Source: an uncultured delta proteobacterium (lineage in GTDB: Bacteria; Desulfobacterota; Desulfobacteria; Desulfobacterales; B30-G6). Taken from it: 64,000 bases of DNA. Positions 10,592 through 20,229 of the stretch are shown here, one piece after another. The translations under genes were made by a program, and so were the position numbers. The notes under the pieces were generated by a model. It did no database searches. It was given only the letters and a program-made list of their open reading frames with translations, and was not told the origin of the DNA. The stretch covers positions 1,152,001 to 1,216,000 of the forward strand of contig CAWGLD010000001.1 of assembly GCA_963823335.1 (NCBI GenBank), in the 5' to 3' direction. Position 1 is the stretch's first letter; every line of letters starts with the position of its first letter.

Positions 10592-11923
10592 ATGGAGCGA
10601 GCCATGTGGAACCCGGAAATGGAGACGATTTCTGCGTCCGACCAGGAGAAGCTCGAACAGCAAAAGCTGATGGATCAGATTCAGTATGTCTTTGCCAACA
10701 GCACCATGTACCAGGAGAAATATCGTCAGGCGGGTTTGGCTGTAAAAGATATCACCCGTGTTGAAGATCTTGCCAAACTCCCCTTTACGACAAAAACAGA
10801 CCTGCGTGAATCCCAGGTACGCAAGCCCCCCTATGGCGATTTTTTAGCAGCGACCTCAGAACAGGTTAACCGTGTTCACCGGACCTCCGGCGCTACCGGA
10901 CAATTCATATACACCGCCCTCACCCACAAGGATCTCGAAACCACCAACGACTGCGGGGCAAGAGCATTCTGGGCGGCAGGGTTGCGACCGCACCACCGGG
11001 TAGTCCACTGCTTGAACTACTGTCTGTGGATGGGTGGTTATACGGATCATTCAAATCTGGAACTGACGGGCGCCACGGTATTTCCCTTCGGGGTGGGCAA
11101 CTCACGCCAACTGGTCCGTGTAATTCGGGATGCCGGCATCAGTGTCATCTCATCCACCCCTTCCTATCCGGCTTACCTGGAGGATGTCGTGCGTGACGAA
11201 CTGGGCATCGAGCCAAAGGAGCTGGGTCTTAGACTGGGACTGTTTGGGGGGGAGTCAGGTCTTGAAAACCCGTCCTATCGCAACCGTATTGCGGATACAT
11301 GGGGAATGCAGCCACAAAATGCCAATTATGGCGTATCCGATGTTCTGTGTAACTTTGCATCTGTCTGCAGTGAGAATTATCAACTGCATTTTCTGGCCCA
11401 GGGAGCCTTGCTGGCCCAGTTGATCGATCCGGCCACGGGGAAAGAGATTCCCATCCAAGACGGGGTAAAGGGCGAACTGGTATTGACCCACCTTGAAAAA
11501 GAGGCCCAGCCACTTATTCGATATCGGACCTCAGACATTTTGGAAATATTGGGCACCGGCCCATGCCGCTGCGGCAGGACCGGTTTTCGATTCAGGGTCG
11601 TGGGAAGATCGGACGATATGCTGAATGTAAAAGGAGTCAATGTCTTTCCCAACGGTATTTCACAGGTGATCGAAGAGATGGTCCCGGATTTGAATGGAGA
11701 ATTTCAAATCGTTCTGGACCACCCCTCGCCATATACAGGCCTCAACATTACCGTCGAGTATGGTGCCGGCATCAATCCGGATCAGAAGGATGCGATTGCC
11801 CGGAAACTCGAGGGAAAAGTCAAAGCAGTGCTGAATTTTACAGCCAAGGTTAACCTGGTTCCACCTCAATCCATCCAGCGAACAGAGATGGGAAAGGCTG
11901 TGCGTGTTCTGCGCCGGTATTAG
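10592..11923 (+). CDS. Phenylacetate-CoA ligase family protein
   Basis: LPFTTKTDLR, HRTSGATG, PLIRYRTSD, GRSDDMLNVKGVNVFP; GGAGGAG RBS before ATG 10592. Confidence 0.88.
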   Translation: MERAMWNPEMETISASDQEKLEQQKLMDQIQYVFANSTMYQEKYRQAGLAVKDITRVEDLAKLPFTTKTDLRESQVRKPPYGDFLAATSEQVNRVHRTSGATGQFIYTALTHKDLETTNDCGARAFWAAGLRPHHRVVHCLNYCLWMGGYTDHSNLELTGATVFPFGVGNSRQLVRVIRDAGISVISSTPSYPAYLEDVVRDELGIEPKELGLRLGLFGGESGLENPSYRNRIADTWGMQPQNANYGVSDVLCNFASVCSENYQLHFLAQGALLAQLIDPATGKEIPIQDGVKGELVLTHLEKEAQPLIRYRTSDILEILGTGPCRCGRTGFRFRVVGRSDDMLNVKGVNVFPNGISQVIEEMVPDLNGEFQIVLDHPSPYTGLNITVEYGAGINPDQKDAIARKLEGKVKAVLNFTAKVNLVPPQSIQRTEMGKAVRVLRRY

Positions 11924-12256
11924 ATTTTCATTGACTAAATGAACAGGATTCTATACTTAAATCATGTTAATTTATTGCTTGGCGCAACAGGTAGCCCGGC
12001 ATCAGATGTTTGAGGACACGATTTCTGTGAGTAGGATTTGATCGAAACTAACAACAGGTTTTTGTGCGGCATATCAAGCGATGCCGGAGATAGATTACAA
12101 AATGTTTCGTCCTGCCTACCAGCATTCAACCATGAACCGCTTCTCAGTTTCGCATCTCATTGATGTCCCATAATTTTTTATATTGCACCGGAAAAGTCGC
12201 AGCGGTGCTTTTGGAGTGCACCATTTACTAAAACCCTAAAAACCGGAGTTGTTTGT

Positions 12257-13024
12257 ATGGCAGAATTGCTATTGAAAAAGGTCACCATGAAATTTGGCGG
12301 GCTGCTGGCTGTCGACAACTTGGATCTCGAGGTACCCAGTGGGAAAATATTGAGCTTGATCGGCCCCAACGGTGCTGGAAAGACAACGGTGTTTAACCTG
12401 ATCACCGGTGTGTACAAACCAACCGAAGGAACCATTACTTACAATGGTGAAACACTCAATGGTCTGCACAGCAACAAGGTCGTTTCCCGTGGCATCGCCA
12501 GGACATTTCAGAACATCCGCCTCTTTAATTCCATGACGGTTCTGGAAAATGTACAGGTGGGCTTGCACTGCCGTACCAAAAGCGGTGCCATACGCGCGCT
12601 GTTGAACACCCCTTTTCTGGTACGGGAAGAAAAAGAAATCGCAGAAAAAGCCATGGCGGTGCTCGAATTTCTTGGACTCGAGAAATACCGGAACGACTAT
12701 GCCTCCAGCCTTGCCTACGGCAATCAGCGCCGTCTCGAAATCGCCAGGGCCATGGCGACTGAACCAGGAACCCTTCTGCTCGACGAGCCGGCTGCCGGCA
12801 TGAACCCTAAAGAGACCGCCGAATTGATGGATCTTATCCTCAAAATCCGGGATACCGGGTTGGACATATTTCTGGTGGAGCACGACATGCGACTGGTGAT
12901 GGGAATCTCTGACATGATCACCGTTCTCGATTATGGACAGAAGATTGCCGAAGGAACCCCAAAGGAGATCCAGAACAACGAAACGGTCATCGAAGCCTAC
13001 CTGGGATCGGGTGGGAAAAAATAA
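12257..13024 (+). CDS. livG: Branched-chain amino acid ABC transporter ATP-binding protein
   Basis: GPNGAGKT, GIARTFQNIRLF, LLLDEPAAGMN, EHDM. Confidence 0.93.
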   Translation: MAELLLKKVTMKFGGLLAVDNLDLEVPSGKILSLIGPNGAGKTTVFNLITGVYKPTEGTITYNGETLNGLHSNKVVSRGIARTFQNIRLFNSMTVLENVQVGLHCRTKSGAIRALLNTPFLVREEKEIAEKAMAVLEFLGLEKYRNDYASSLAYGNQRRLEIARAMATEPGTLLLDEPAAGMNPKETAELMDLILKIRDTGLDIFLVEHDMRLVMGISDMITVLDYGQKIAEGTPKEIQNNETVIEAYLGSGGKK

Positions 13025-13126
13025 CCGGAGCTTTTTGTATCTTTGATGCAATTAGAATTGTTTCCCAACTTTTAATTCATAACAAGTCGGGAATGTCAGA
13101 CAAACCCAAAACAAGAAGGAGTTAAG

Positions 13127-14260
13127 ATGAAAAAACTTGGTATTGTTGTATTGTGCATCGCATTGATCGCAAGTTTCAGTGGCATAGCAACCGCTAAAAC
13201 GCTGAAAATAGGAACCATGAGCCCCCTGACAGGTCCTTATGCCCAGGATGGAACCTACATCCTCCAGGGTGTGAAAACCGCCGTGAAAGCGTTTGAGGCC
13301 GGTGGTGGGCTGCCCGGTTATGACAAAATCGAAATTCTGGCCGAAGACAGTGCCTGTGACGGTGGCAAGGCCACCATGGCCGCCAATAAACTTATTCATA
13401 GTGAGGTATCCGCCATCATCGGCTGCTACTGCTCTTCTGCAACCCTGCCGAGTTCGATTCCGGTCGAAGAAGCGGGCATCGTCATGCTCACACCGGCGTC
13501 CACCAATGAACAAATAACGGAACGGGGATTCAAAAATTTCTTCCGCCTGCCGCCCAGAGACGATGTTCAGGGATGGTCTGCGGTAAAGTTTATGGAAAAC
13601 TCTTTGAAAGCCAAAACCGTTGCCCTGATTGACGATCGTCAGACCTACACCGTCGGCCTCGTCGATAATATTAAAAAATTCGCCCAGGAAACCGGAAAAC
13701 TTGAATTTATCGCCCACGAGCACATCACCCCCGGCGACAAAGACTTCACCGCAATATTGACGTCTCTGAAACGGCTGAATCCTGATGTCATCTACATGGC
13801 TATTTATCAGCCCGAAGGCTCCTTGATGGCACGTCAGGTCAAACAGCTCGAAATCACCTCTACGCTGGTCACCGAAGATGCCTGTTATCAGCCTAAATTC
13901 ATCGAGGTGGGTGGAGCGGCCACCGAGGGTATCTACCTGACCTTTGCAGCTCCGGTTGAAGACAACCCGGTTCGAACAGACTTCGTAAAAGCCTACTCCA
14001 GTGACTGGGGTGTCGGTGAAAATGAAATCGGTTCGTTCTCCTTTTTTGCTTACGACGCTACCATGCTGGTGTTGAACGGCATCAAAAAGGGTGGCGTAGA
14101 CAAGCTTGCCGAAACCATCCGGGCAACAAAATCGTTGGGAGCCACTGGAGAAATCGAGTTTAACGAAAAAGGCGACCGTGCCCTGGCCCACGCCGTGTGG
14201 ATCGTCAAAGATGGCGCTTTCGTGCCTTATTACAATCCACTTACGGACAAAATGTACTAA
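13127..14260 (+). CDS. livK: Branched-chain amino acid ABC transporter substrate-binding protein
   Basis: Signal peptide, PLTGPYAQDG, GCYCSSAT, TPASTN, GEIEFNEKGD. Confidence 0.9.
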   Translation: MKKLGIVVLCIALIASFSGIATAKTLKIGTMSPLTGPYAQDGTYILQGVKTAVKAFEAGGGLPGYDKIEILAEDSACDGGKATMAANKLIHSEVSAIIGCYCSSATLPSSIPVEEAGIVMLTPASTNEQITERGFKNFFRLPPRDDVQGWSAVKFMENSLKAKTVALIDDRQTYTVGLVDNIKKFAQETGKLEFIAHEHITPGDKDFTAILTSLKRLNPDVIYMAIYQPEGSLMARQVKQLEITSTLVTEDACYQPKFIEVGGAATEGIYLTFAAPVEDNPVRTDFVKAYSSDWGVGENEIGSFSFFAYDATMLVLNGIKKGGVDKLAETIRATKSLGATGEIEFNEKGDRALAHAVWIVKDGAFVPYYNPLTDKMY

Positions 14261-14269
14261 ATTACCACA

Positions 14270-14299
14270 AACGATCGGGGGTTTTTGCCCCCGATCGTT
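14270..14299 (+). terminator. Intercistronic hairpin after substrate-binding protein gene
   Basis: aacgatcggggg-tttttg-cccccgatcgtt, 12-bp perfect stem; weak U-tail, so possibly an mRNA stabiliser rather than a terminator. Confidence 0.6.
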
Positions 14300-14364
14300 A
14301 ACAACGATCTGCCCTCCAATATGAAGTAAGTCGTCTTTTTGCTCAGTCAAAGGAAGCTTTCCAT

Positions 14365-15285
14365 ATGGATACAACGTCTTTTCTTATTCAGCAATTGATC
14401 AATGCCATTTTTCTGGGCAGCATATTTTCCCTGATCGCCCTCGGCTATACCATGGTATACGGAATTATTCAGTTGATCAATTTCGCTCATGGCGAAATGT
14501 TTACCGCAGGGTCCTTTGCCGGTTTAATTGTGCTGGCGGGTCTTCAAAAATTTGGTTTTGTCGACAGTCATTTTATCTTATCCATGGTTTTGGTTTTCGG
14601 CCTCGGCATGGCCTATGTTGCCGTTCTTGGGGTTTCCATCGAGCAGGTAGCCTATAAACCCCTGCGGAACGCATCACGCCTGGCTGCCATCCTGAGCGCC
14701 CTGGGGATGTCCATCTTTCTGTCCAACGGCATGATGCTGAGCCAGGGTGTTTCCGACCGGGGTTTTCCGGCTGTGCTTGGCTGGGAAGGGTTTAATATCC
14801 TGGGTGCAAAAATTTCCTATGGGCAGGTCTTCATCATCATCTTGGCCTTTGCCCTCATGTATGGTTTGTGGATTTTTGTCACCTCCACCAAGCTTGGCAA
14901 GGCCATGCGTGCCACTGCGCAAAACAAACCCATGGCCAGGATGCTCGGTATCAACGTCGATAAAACCATTCGCGTCACCTTTATGATCGGCCCGGCCTTG
15001 GGTGCCGCCGCCGGAATAATGGTTGGTTTGTATTATGGTTCGGTGCGTTTTGACATGGGTTTCATCTATATGATCAAAGCGTTTGCGGCGGCCATTCTGG
15101 GCGGTATCGGTTCCATACCTGGCGCCATGCTTGGCGGTATGATCATTGGTTTCGTCGAAGTCGCATGGTCGGCATTTCTACCCAGTGAATGGAAAGATGT
15201 AACCACCTTCGTGGTTATGATTCTGGTGTTATACCTGAAACCGAGCGGTCTTTTAGGACAGAGCGCGAGCGAAGAAAAGGTGTGA
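14365..15285 (+). CDS. livH: Branched-chain amino acid ABC transporter permease
   Basis: ALGYTMVYGIIQLINFAHGE, GKAMRA, LGGIGS. Confidence 0.93.
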   Translation: MDTTSFLIQQLINAIFLGSIFSLIALGYTMVYGIIQLINFAHGEMFTAGSFAGLIVLAGLQKFGFVDSHFILSMVLVFGLGMAYVAVLGVSIEQVAYKPLRNASRLAAILSALGMSIFLSNGMMLSQGVSDRGFPAVLGWEGFNILGAKISYGQVFIIILAFALMYGLWIFVTSTKLGKAMRATAQNKPMARMLGINVDKTIRVTFMIGPALGAAAGIMVGLYYGSVRFDMGFIYMIKAFAAAILGGIGSIPGAMLGGMIIGFVEVAWSAFLPSEWKDVTTFVVMILVLYLKPSGLLGQSASEEKV

Positions 15286-15286
15286 T

Positions 15287-16522
15287 ATGGTACAATCGGA
15301 TTTAAAGAAATTTTTTGTATACTCCCTGTTTCTCGGTATCCTTATTCTACCCTTAGTCGGGTTTGCCACCACAACATTCGATGCCTCGCGGGCCTTTACC
15401 GTTTGGGGGTTGTTTGTGGGTGTGCTGGCTTTGGGTTTGATTACAAAAGGAATTCGGCGCAGCGGCGGTTATGTGAATCTTTCCGACAGCCTGGCACCCG
15501 TTCGCAAGCGGATCAGAAACAAACTGACCGCCGTACCGGTCAACTATTACATCACAGCCCTTCTGGCCTTTGCCGTGATCTACCCCATGGTGGCCAACCG
15601 GTATCTGGTGGATGTCGGTATTACCTGCCTGATATATATTGTTTTGGGATTGGGTCTCAATATCGTCGTGGGGCTTGCCGGGCTGCTCGATCTTGGCTAC
15701 ATCGCTTTTTACGCCGTTGGCGCATATACCTATTCACTGCTTAATCTGAATTATGGCATCCCTTTTTGGTTCTGTATACCCATGGGCATCGGTTTTGGCT
15801 GTATTGCCGGATGCATCATCGGTTATCCCACACTTAAAATGCGCGGTGATTATCTGGCTATCGTGACCATGGGGTTTGGTGAAATAATCCGTCTGATGCT
15901 CAACAACTGGGACAACTTGACCGCCGGGCCCAATGGCCTCTATGGCCAGGCCAAACCGGCGCTCATATATCCGTCCATTACCGACGGTGGCTTGACCTGG
16001 GTTACCTTTCATTTGAAATCCCTTGAATCACTTTACTTTCTGGCCCTGATCATTGCAATACTGACGGTTGTCGGCGTACGGCGCTTGGACAGGTCCAGAA
16101 TCGGACGGGCCTGGGTGGCCATACGTGAAGACGAGGTCGCCGCCGAACTGTCGGGTGTACCGACCATGTGGTTGAAACTGCTGGCCTATGCCCTGGGTGC
16201 CTCTTTTGCGGCGGTTGTCGGGGGCTTTTTTGCCGCCAAGTTGAGCTATACAAATCCGAACTTCTTTATTTTCATGGAATCGTGCATTGTTTTATGCATC
16301 GTTGTTCTAGGCGGTGTCGGAAGTACGCCCGGGGTTATTGTGGCTGCGGTCATCTTGTCCGCTGTGCCTGAAATATTCCGGGATCTTCAAAATTATCGCA
16401 TGCTGGCTTTCGGTGCCGCCATGGCGGCCATGATGGTCCTGAGACCGGAGGGGTTGATACCGGCAAGCCGACGTAAACGCGAACTGCACGCAGCCGAACA
16501 GCACCAACACGAGGAATCCTAA
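15287..16522 (+). CDS. livM: Branched-chain amino acid ABC transporter permease
   Basis: GLNIVVGLAGLLDLGY, RGDYLAIVTMGFGEI, AIREDE. Confidence 0.93.
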   Translation: MVQSDLKKFFVYSLFLGILILPLVGFATTTFDASRAFTVWGLFVGVLALGLITKGIRRSGGYVNLSDSLAPVRKRIRNKLTAVPVNYYITALLAFAVIYPMVANRYLVDVGITCLIYIVLGLGLNIVVGLAGLLDLGYIAFYAVGAYTYSLLNLNYGIPFWFCIPMGIGFGCIAGCIIGYPTLKMRGDYLAIVTMGFGEIIRLMLNNWDNLTAGPNGLYGQAKPALIYPSITDGGLTWVTFHLKSLESLYFLALIIAILTVVGVRRLDRSRIGRAWVAIREDEVAAELSGVPTMWLKLLAYALGASFAAVVGGFFAAKLSYTNPNFFIFMESCIVLCIVVLGGVGSTPGVIVAAVILSAVPEIFRDLQNYRMLAFGAAMAAMMVLRPEGLIPASRRKRELHAAEQHQHEES

Positions 16523-16523
16523 T

Positions 16524-17249
16524 ATGGCCAATGAGCAACCAATTCTTCAACTCAAGGATGTGCACACTTACTATGGAAATATTCACGCCCTGAAGGGTGT
16601 GTCGATAGCCATTCCCAAAGGAAAGATCGCTTGCCTGATCGGCGCCAATGGCGCAGGAAAATCCACCACACTCATGACCATCTTCGGCATCCAACGGGCC
16701 GCAAAAGGGAAAATATTCTACAAAGCCCGAGAAATTCATAAGCTTCAACCTGAAGAGGTTGCCGCTCTGGGCGTGGCCCAAAGCCCGGAAGGCCGGCAGA
16801 TTTTTCCCAATATGTCCGTTCGCGAAAACCTGGAAATGGGCGCCTATCTGCGCAAGGACAAAAATGAAATTGCCAAAGATATGGACTGGGTTGTTACGCT
16901 CTTCCCGCGCTTAAAAGAGCGTACCGAGCAGTTGGGCGGCACGTTGAGTGGCGGAGAACAGCAGATGCTCGCCATCGCCCGGGCCCTGATGCAGAGACCG
17001 ACGTTACTCTTGCTGGACGAGCCCTCTTTGGGCCTGGCTCCCAAGCTGGTGGAAGTTATTTTTGAAACCATACAGCAGATCAACCGAGACAGCGGCACGA
17101 CTATCTTTCTTGTGGAGCAGAACGCCAACATGGCTCTGGGAATTTCCGATACAGGCTATGTAATGGAAACAGGCAAGATTGTGCTGACAGACAAGTCTTC
17201 GGTGCTTCTGGAGAGCGAACAGGTCAAAAAAGCCTACCTGGGTGAATAG
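16524..17249 (+). CDS. livF: Branched-chain amino acid ABC transporter ATP-binding protein
   Basis: GANGAGKST, LSGGEQQM, DEPSLGLAP, VEQNA. Confidence 0.93.
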   Translation: MANEQPILQLKDVHTYYGNIHALKGVSIAIPKGKIACLIGANGAGKSTTLMTIFGIQRAAKGKIFYKAREIHKLQPEEVAALGVAQSPEGRQIFPNMSVRENLEMGAYLRKDKNEIAKDMDWVVTLFPRLKERTEQLGGTLSGGEQQMLAIARALMQRPTLLLLDEPSLGLAPKLVEVIFETIQQINRDSGTTIFLVEQNANMALGISDTGYVMETGKIVLTDKSSVLLESEQVKKAYLGE

Positions 17250-17291
17250 CGCGGTAATCACGACATATGCATTGTAATAAGGATAAAAACA

Positions 17292-18059
17292 GTGGAAGCA
17301 TCAACCGTTTTATATCGCCGTGAAGGGAATGTCGGTATCATTACCCTGAATCGCCCCCACCGCCTTAACGCACTGACCGGTGAACTTTTAAAAACGTTCA
17401 TGCAGACACTCGATACGGCCCGGCGCGACAAAGAGGCTGCGGTCATCATTCTTACCGGATCCGGCAAGAGTTTCTGCTCCGGAGAAGACCTGAAAGAGAC
17501 CGCCGAAGGAAAAAGCGCCGAAACCTGGATGGATGAGGCGGATCGGCTTCAGGATGTACAGCGCTATACCTTAAAGCTGGACAAGCCCCTGATTGCCGCC
17601 GTCAAGGGATATGCTGTCGGCGGCGGCTGCGAAATCGCCATGAGTTGCGATATCCGTATCGCTGCTGAATCAGCCGTTTTCGGGTTTCCCGAGACCGGTG
17701 TTGGATTGACCGTAACAAATGCGGGCACAAAACTGCTGACCCATCTAGTGGGTCTTGGAAAAGCCAAAGAATTAATTTTTACGGGCGAATTCATCGGCGC
17801 CAACGAAGCATGTAAAATCGGACTGGCCAATAAAGTGGTTCCCGATGGTGATTTGATGGATGAAACCATGGCGATGGCACAAATAATTGCCCAGCGTTCC
17901 CCAATGGCTTTAAGATTGTCCCGAATTGCCATCGATCAGGGCATGAGCGCCAGTTTCGAAGAAATATTGGAACTCGAAGCCAGCCACCTCCTTACCTGCA
18001 CCCTCGCCGGAAATGAAAAAGCCTTTGTCGAAAAACGCCTGAGGGAAATGAAGAAATAG
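17292..18059 (+). CDS. Enoyl-CoA hydratase/isomerase family protein
   Basis: LNRPHRLNAL, FCSGEDL, GYAVGGGCE, FGFPE. Confidence 0.92.
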   Translation: MEASTVLYRREGNVGIITLNRPHRLNALTGELLKTFMQTLDTARRDKEAAVIILTGSGKSFCSGEDLKETAEGKSAETWMDEADRLQDVQRYTLKLDKPLIAAVKGYAVGGGCEIAMSCDIRIAAESAVFGFPETGVGLTVTNAGTKLLTHLVGLGKAKELIFTGEFIGANEACKIGLANKVVPDGDLMDETMAMAQIIAQRSPMALRLSRIAIDQGMSASFEEILELEASHLLTCTLAGNEKAFVEKRLREMKK

Positions 18060-18125
18060 CCCCGGCGCAGTTCTGCGATATGAAGAAAGCATCGCGTATG
18101 TCTATTTTGAAAGGAGATTTCACCC

Positions 18126-18506
18126 ATGGCAATTAAATCCATCGAGACCAAGCAGGCACCGGCGGCCATTGGCCCCTATTCCCAGGGCATCAGTGCCGGA
18201 GCGTGGCATTTTGTGAGTGGACAGCTGGGAATGGACCCGGATACTGGAGAGCTGGTGAGCGAGAATGTGGCCGGTCAGGCACAGCAGGCCCTGGAGAACC
18301 TGAAGCAGATCGTGGAGGCAGCCGGGTGCAGTCTGAACCAGGTGGTGGCTGTGGATGTGTTCTTGACCGACATGGGAAATTTTCTGGAATTCAACGGCAT
18401 CTACGAAGCGTTTTTTGCCGGCCACAAACCGGCCCGGGCCGTGGTGGAAGTTAGTGCCCTGCCCAAGGGGGGGTGCGTGGAGATCAAGTGTATCGTCAAC
18501 GGATAG
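18126..18506 (+). CDS. ridA: RidA/YjgF family imine deaminase
   Basis: APAAIGPYSQG, VSGQL, PARAVVEVSALP, VEI. Confidence 0.9.
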   Translation: MAIKSIETKQAPAAIGPYSQGISAGAWHFVSGQLGMDPDTGELVSENVAGQAQQALENLKQIVEAAGCSLNQVVAVDVFLTDMGNFLEFNGIYEAFFAGHKPARAVVEVSALPKGGCVEIKCIVNG

Positions 18507-18541
18507 CCTGGTGAGCATTTAAGCTGTGAGCCGCATAATGC

Positions 18542-19030
18542 TTATTGCTCTGGAACATCGACAAGCTGTATTTCATGGCCTGTGCTTTCCAGGAAACGGA
18601 CAAGGTTTTCCCGGGAGATCTCCAGGGTGGCGGTGTTCACCAGGGGGTGACATTGAAAGGATTCCGACGCCCACAGCGCCTGGTCCACGAAGAGTTCCAC
18701 AGCATGGACCTTGTCATTGTAGAGCGCCAGTATGGAAACCGCTCCCGGCTCTATGCCCAGGTGTTTTTTCAAGCGCTCAGATGACCCGAAACTGATTCGT
18801 TTGATCCCCATCCGATCTTTCAACGTTTTCAAATTCACCTGTTTGTGACCAGGTACGACAACCAAGAAATGGCGCTTGCCTTTGTCGTCTCTCAGGAACA
18901 GGTTTTTTGTTTTGGCTGCTGACAGCTCCGGTACGAGCCGGTCGGCTTCTTCCACCGTATAAACCGCTGGATGGTCGTGGCGGGTGTATGCAATCAGGTT
19001 TTCTTCCAGAAATTTAAAAAAAGCTTCCAT
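18542..19030 (-). CDS. ProX/PrdX (YbaK family) prolyl-tRNA editing protein
   Basis: HPAVYTVEE, KNLFLRD, SFGS, LGIEPGAVS, HPLVNTAT. Confidence 0.85.
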   Translation of the reverse strand: MEAFFKFLEENLIAYTRHDHPAVYTVEEADRLVPELSAAKTKNLFLRDDKGKRHFLVVVPGHKQVNLKTLKDRMGIKRISFGSSERLKKHLGIEPGAVSILALYNDKVHAVELFVDQALWASESFQCHPLVNTATLEISRENLVRFLESTGHEIQLVDVPEQ

Positions 19031-19222
19031 GAATTTTTCCTTTGTGCGTATTTTACCATAATTCGTTTGATGCTTATATGTTCTTAAGCATGATATTTCA
19101 AGTCTTACCCACAGGAAAATTTGTGCATTGGAATTGTTGCCCGGAAACCATTTGCATTTTCACACGGCCTCCATTAGAAACATCGTTTGTGATTATCAAT
19201 TTTCTTGTTTTAAGGAGGTCTT

Positions 19223-20200
19223 ATGTCTTCGAACCGTCTGCTCTATCTTTCCCAGCAGGAGGTGGCTTCCGCCGGTGTTACCATGGCGGAAATTATTGAT
19301 CTGCTGGAAATCGCTTTTCAGGAAAAAGGAAACCATCAAACGGAAATGCCGCCAAAACCAGGGATTCATCCGGGCGGCGGTGACAACTTTATTCATGCCA
19401 TGCCGGCCTATATACCGGCAATGAAGGCTGCCGGCATCAAGTGGGTCAGCGGATTTCCGGACAACCTCAAACAAGGCGTTCCCTATATCAACGGGCTGCT
19501 CATTCTAAATGATGCAGAAACAGGTCTGCCAATATCCGTCATGGATTGTGTCTGGCTCACCGGGATGAGAACCGGCGCCGCAACAGCCTTGTCAGCCCGT
19601 TACCTGGCACGGCCCGATTCATCAACTGTCGGCGTGCTTGGATGCGGGGTCCAGGGCAGGACCAATTTCGAAGCATTGAAGGTGCTGTTTCCCCTTCAAA
19701 GCGTGAAAGCCTTTGATGCCCATAAGGGGGCAGCTCAGGCCTATGCAAAAGAGATTCAAGCCCGTTTTGATGTTCATGTGGAAATTGTTGAGACGCCTCA
19801 AGCCGCGGTGACAGGCAGTGACATCATCGTGACGGCCGGTCCGATTCTGAAAAAACCCCATGCCACCATCCAGCCAGGATGGATGTCGGAAGGGGCCTTT
19901 GCTTCACTGGTGGATTTTGATTCTTACTGGCATGCCCATGCCATGAAGGAAGCAGGCAAATTCTGCACGGATGATACGCCTCAGATGCTGCATTACAAAA
20001 CACTGGGGTATTTTCAGGAGATCCCACCCATTCATGCCGACCTGGGAGAACTGGTGACGGGCGAAAAACCCGGGCGCGAGACACGTAAGGAGAAAACCAT
20101 GACCGCAAACCTTGGTCTTGCCATCGACGATATGGCCGTGGCTCCCTTGGTTTTTCAAAAAGCCAGGGAAAAAGGGATCGGGACTTGGTTAGACTTATGA
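19223..20200 (+). CDS. Ornithine cyclodeaminase/mu-crystallin family protein
   Basis: MPPKP, HAMPAY, GIKWVS, LTGMRTGA, GCGVQG, GLAIDD. Confidence 0.9.
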   Translation: MSSNRLLYLSQQEVASAGVTMAEIIDLLEIAFQEKGNHQTEMPPKPGIHPGGGDNFIHAMPAYIPAMKAAGIKWVSGFPDNLKQGVPYINGLLILNDAETGLPISVMDCVWLTGMRTGAATALSARYLARPDSSTVGVLGCGVQGRTNFEALKVLFPLQSVKAFDAHKGAAQAYAKEIQARFDVHVEIVETPQAAVTGSDIIVTAGPILKKPHATIQPGWMSEGAFASLVDFDSYWHAHAMKEAGKFCTDDTPQMLHYKTLGYFQEIPPIHADLGELVTGEKPGRETRKEKTMTANLGLAIDDMAVAPLVFQKAREKGIGTWLDL

Positions 20201-20229
20201 TACCAATGTAAGAAAGGACGGTAACACGT

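Noticed and set aside
18057-18128. Crotonase-RidA fusion by TAG readthrough
   Set aside because: Same frame, but an in-frame TGA occurs 8 codons after the TAG.
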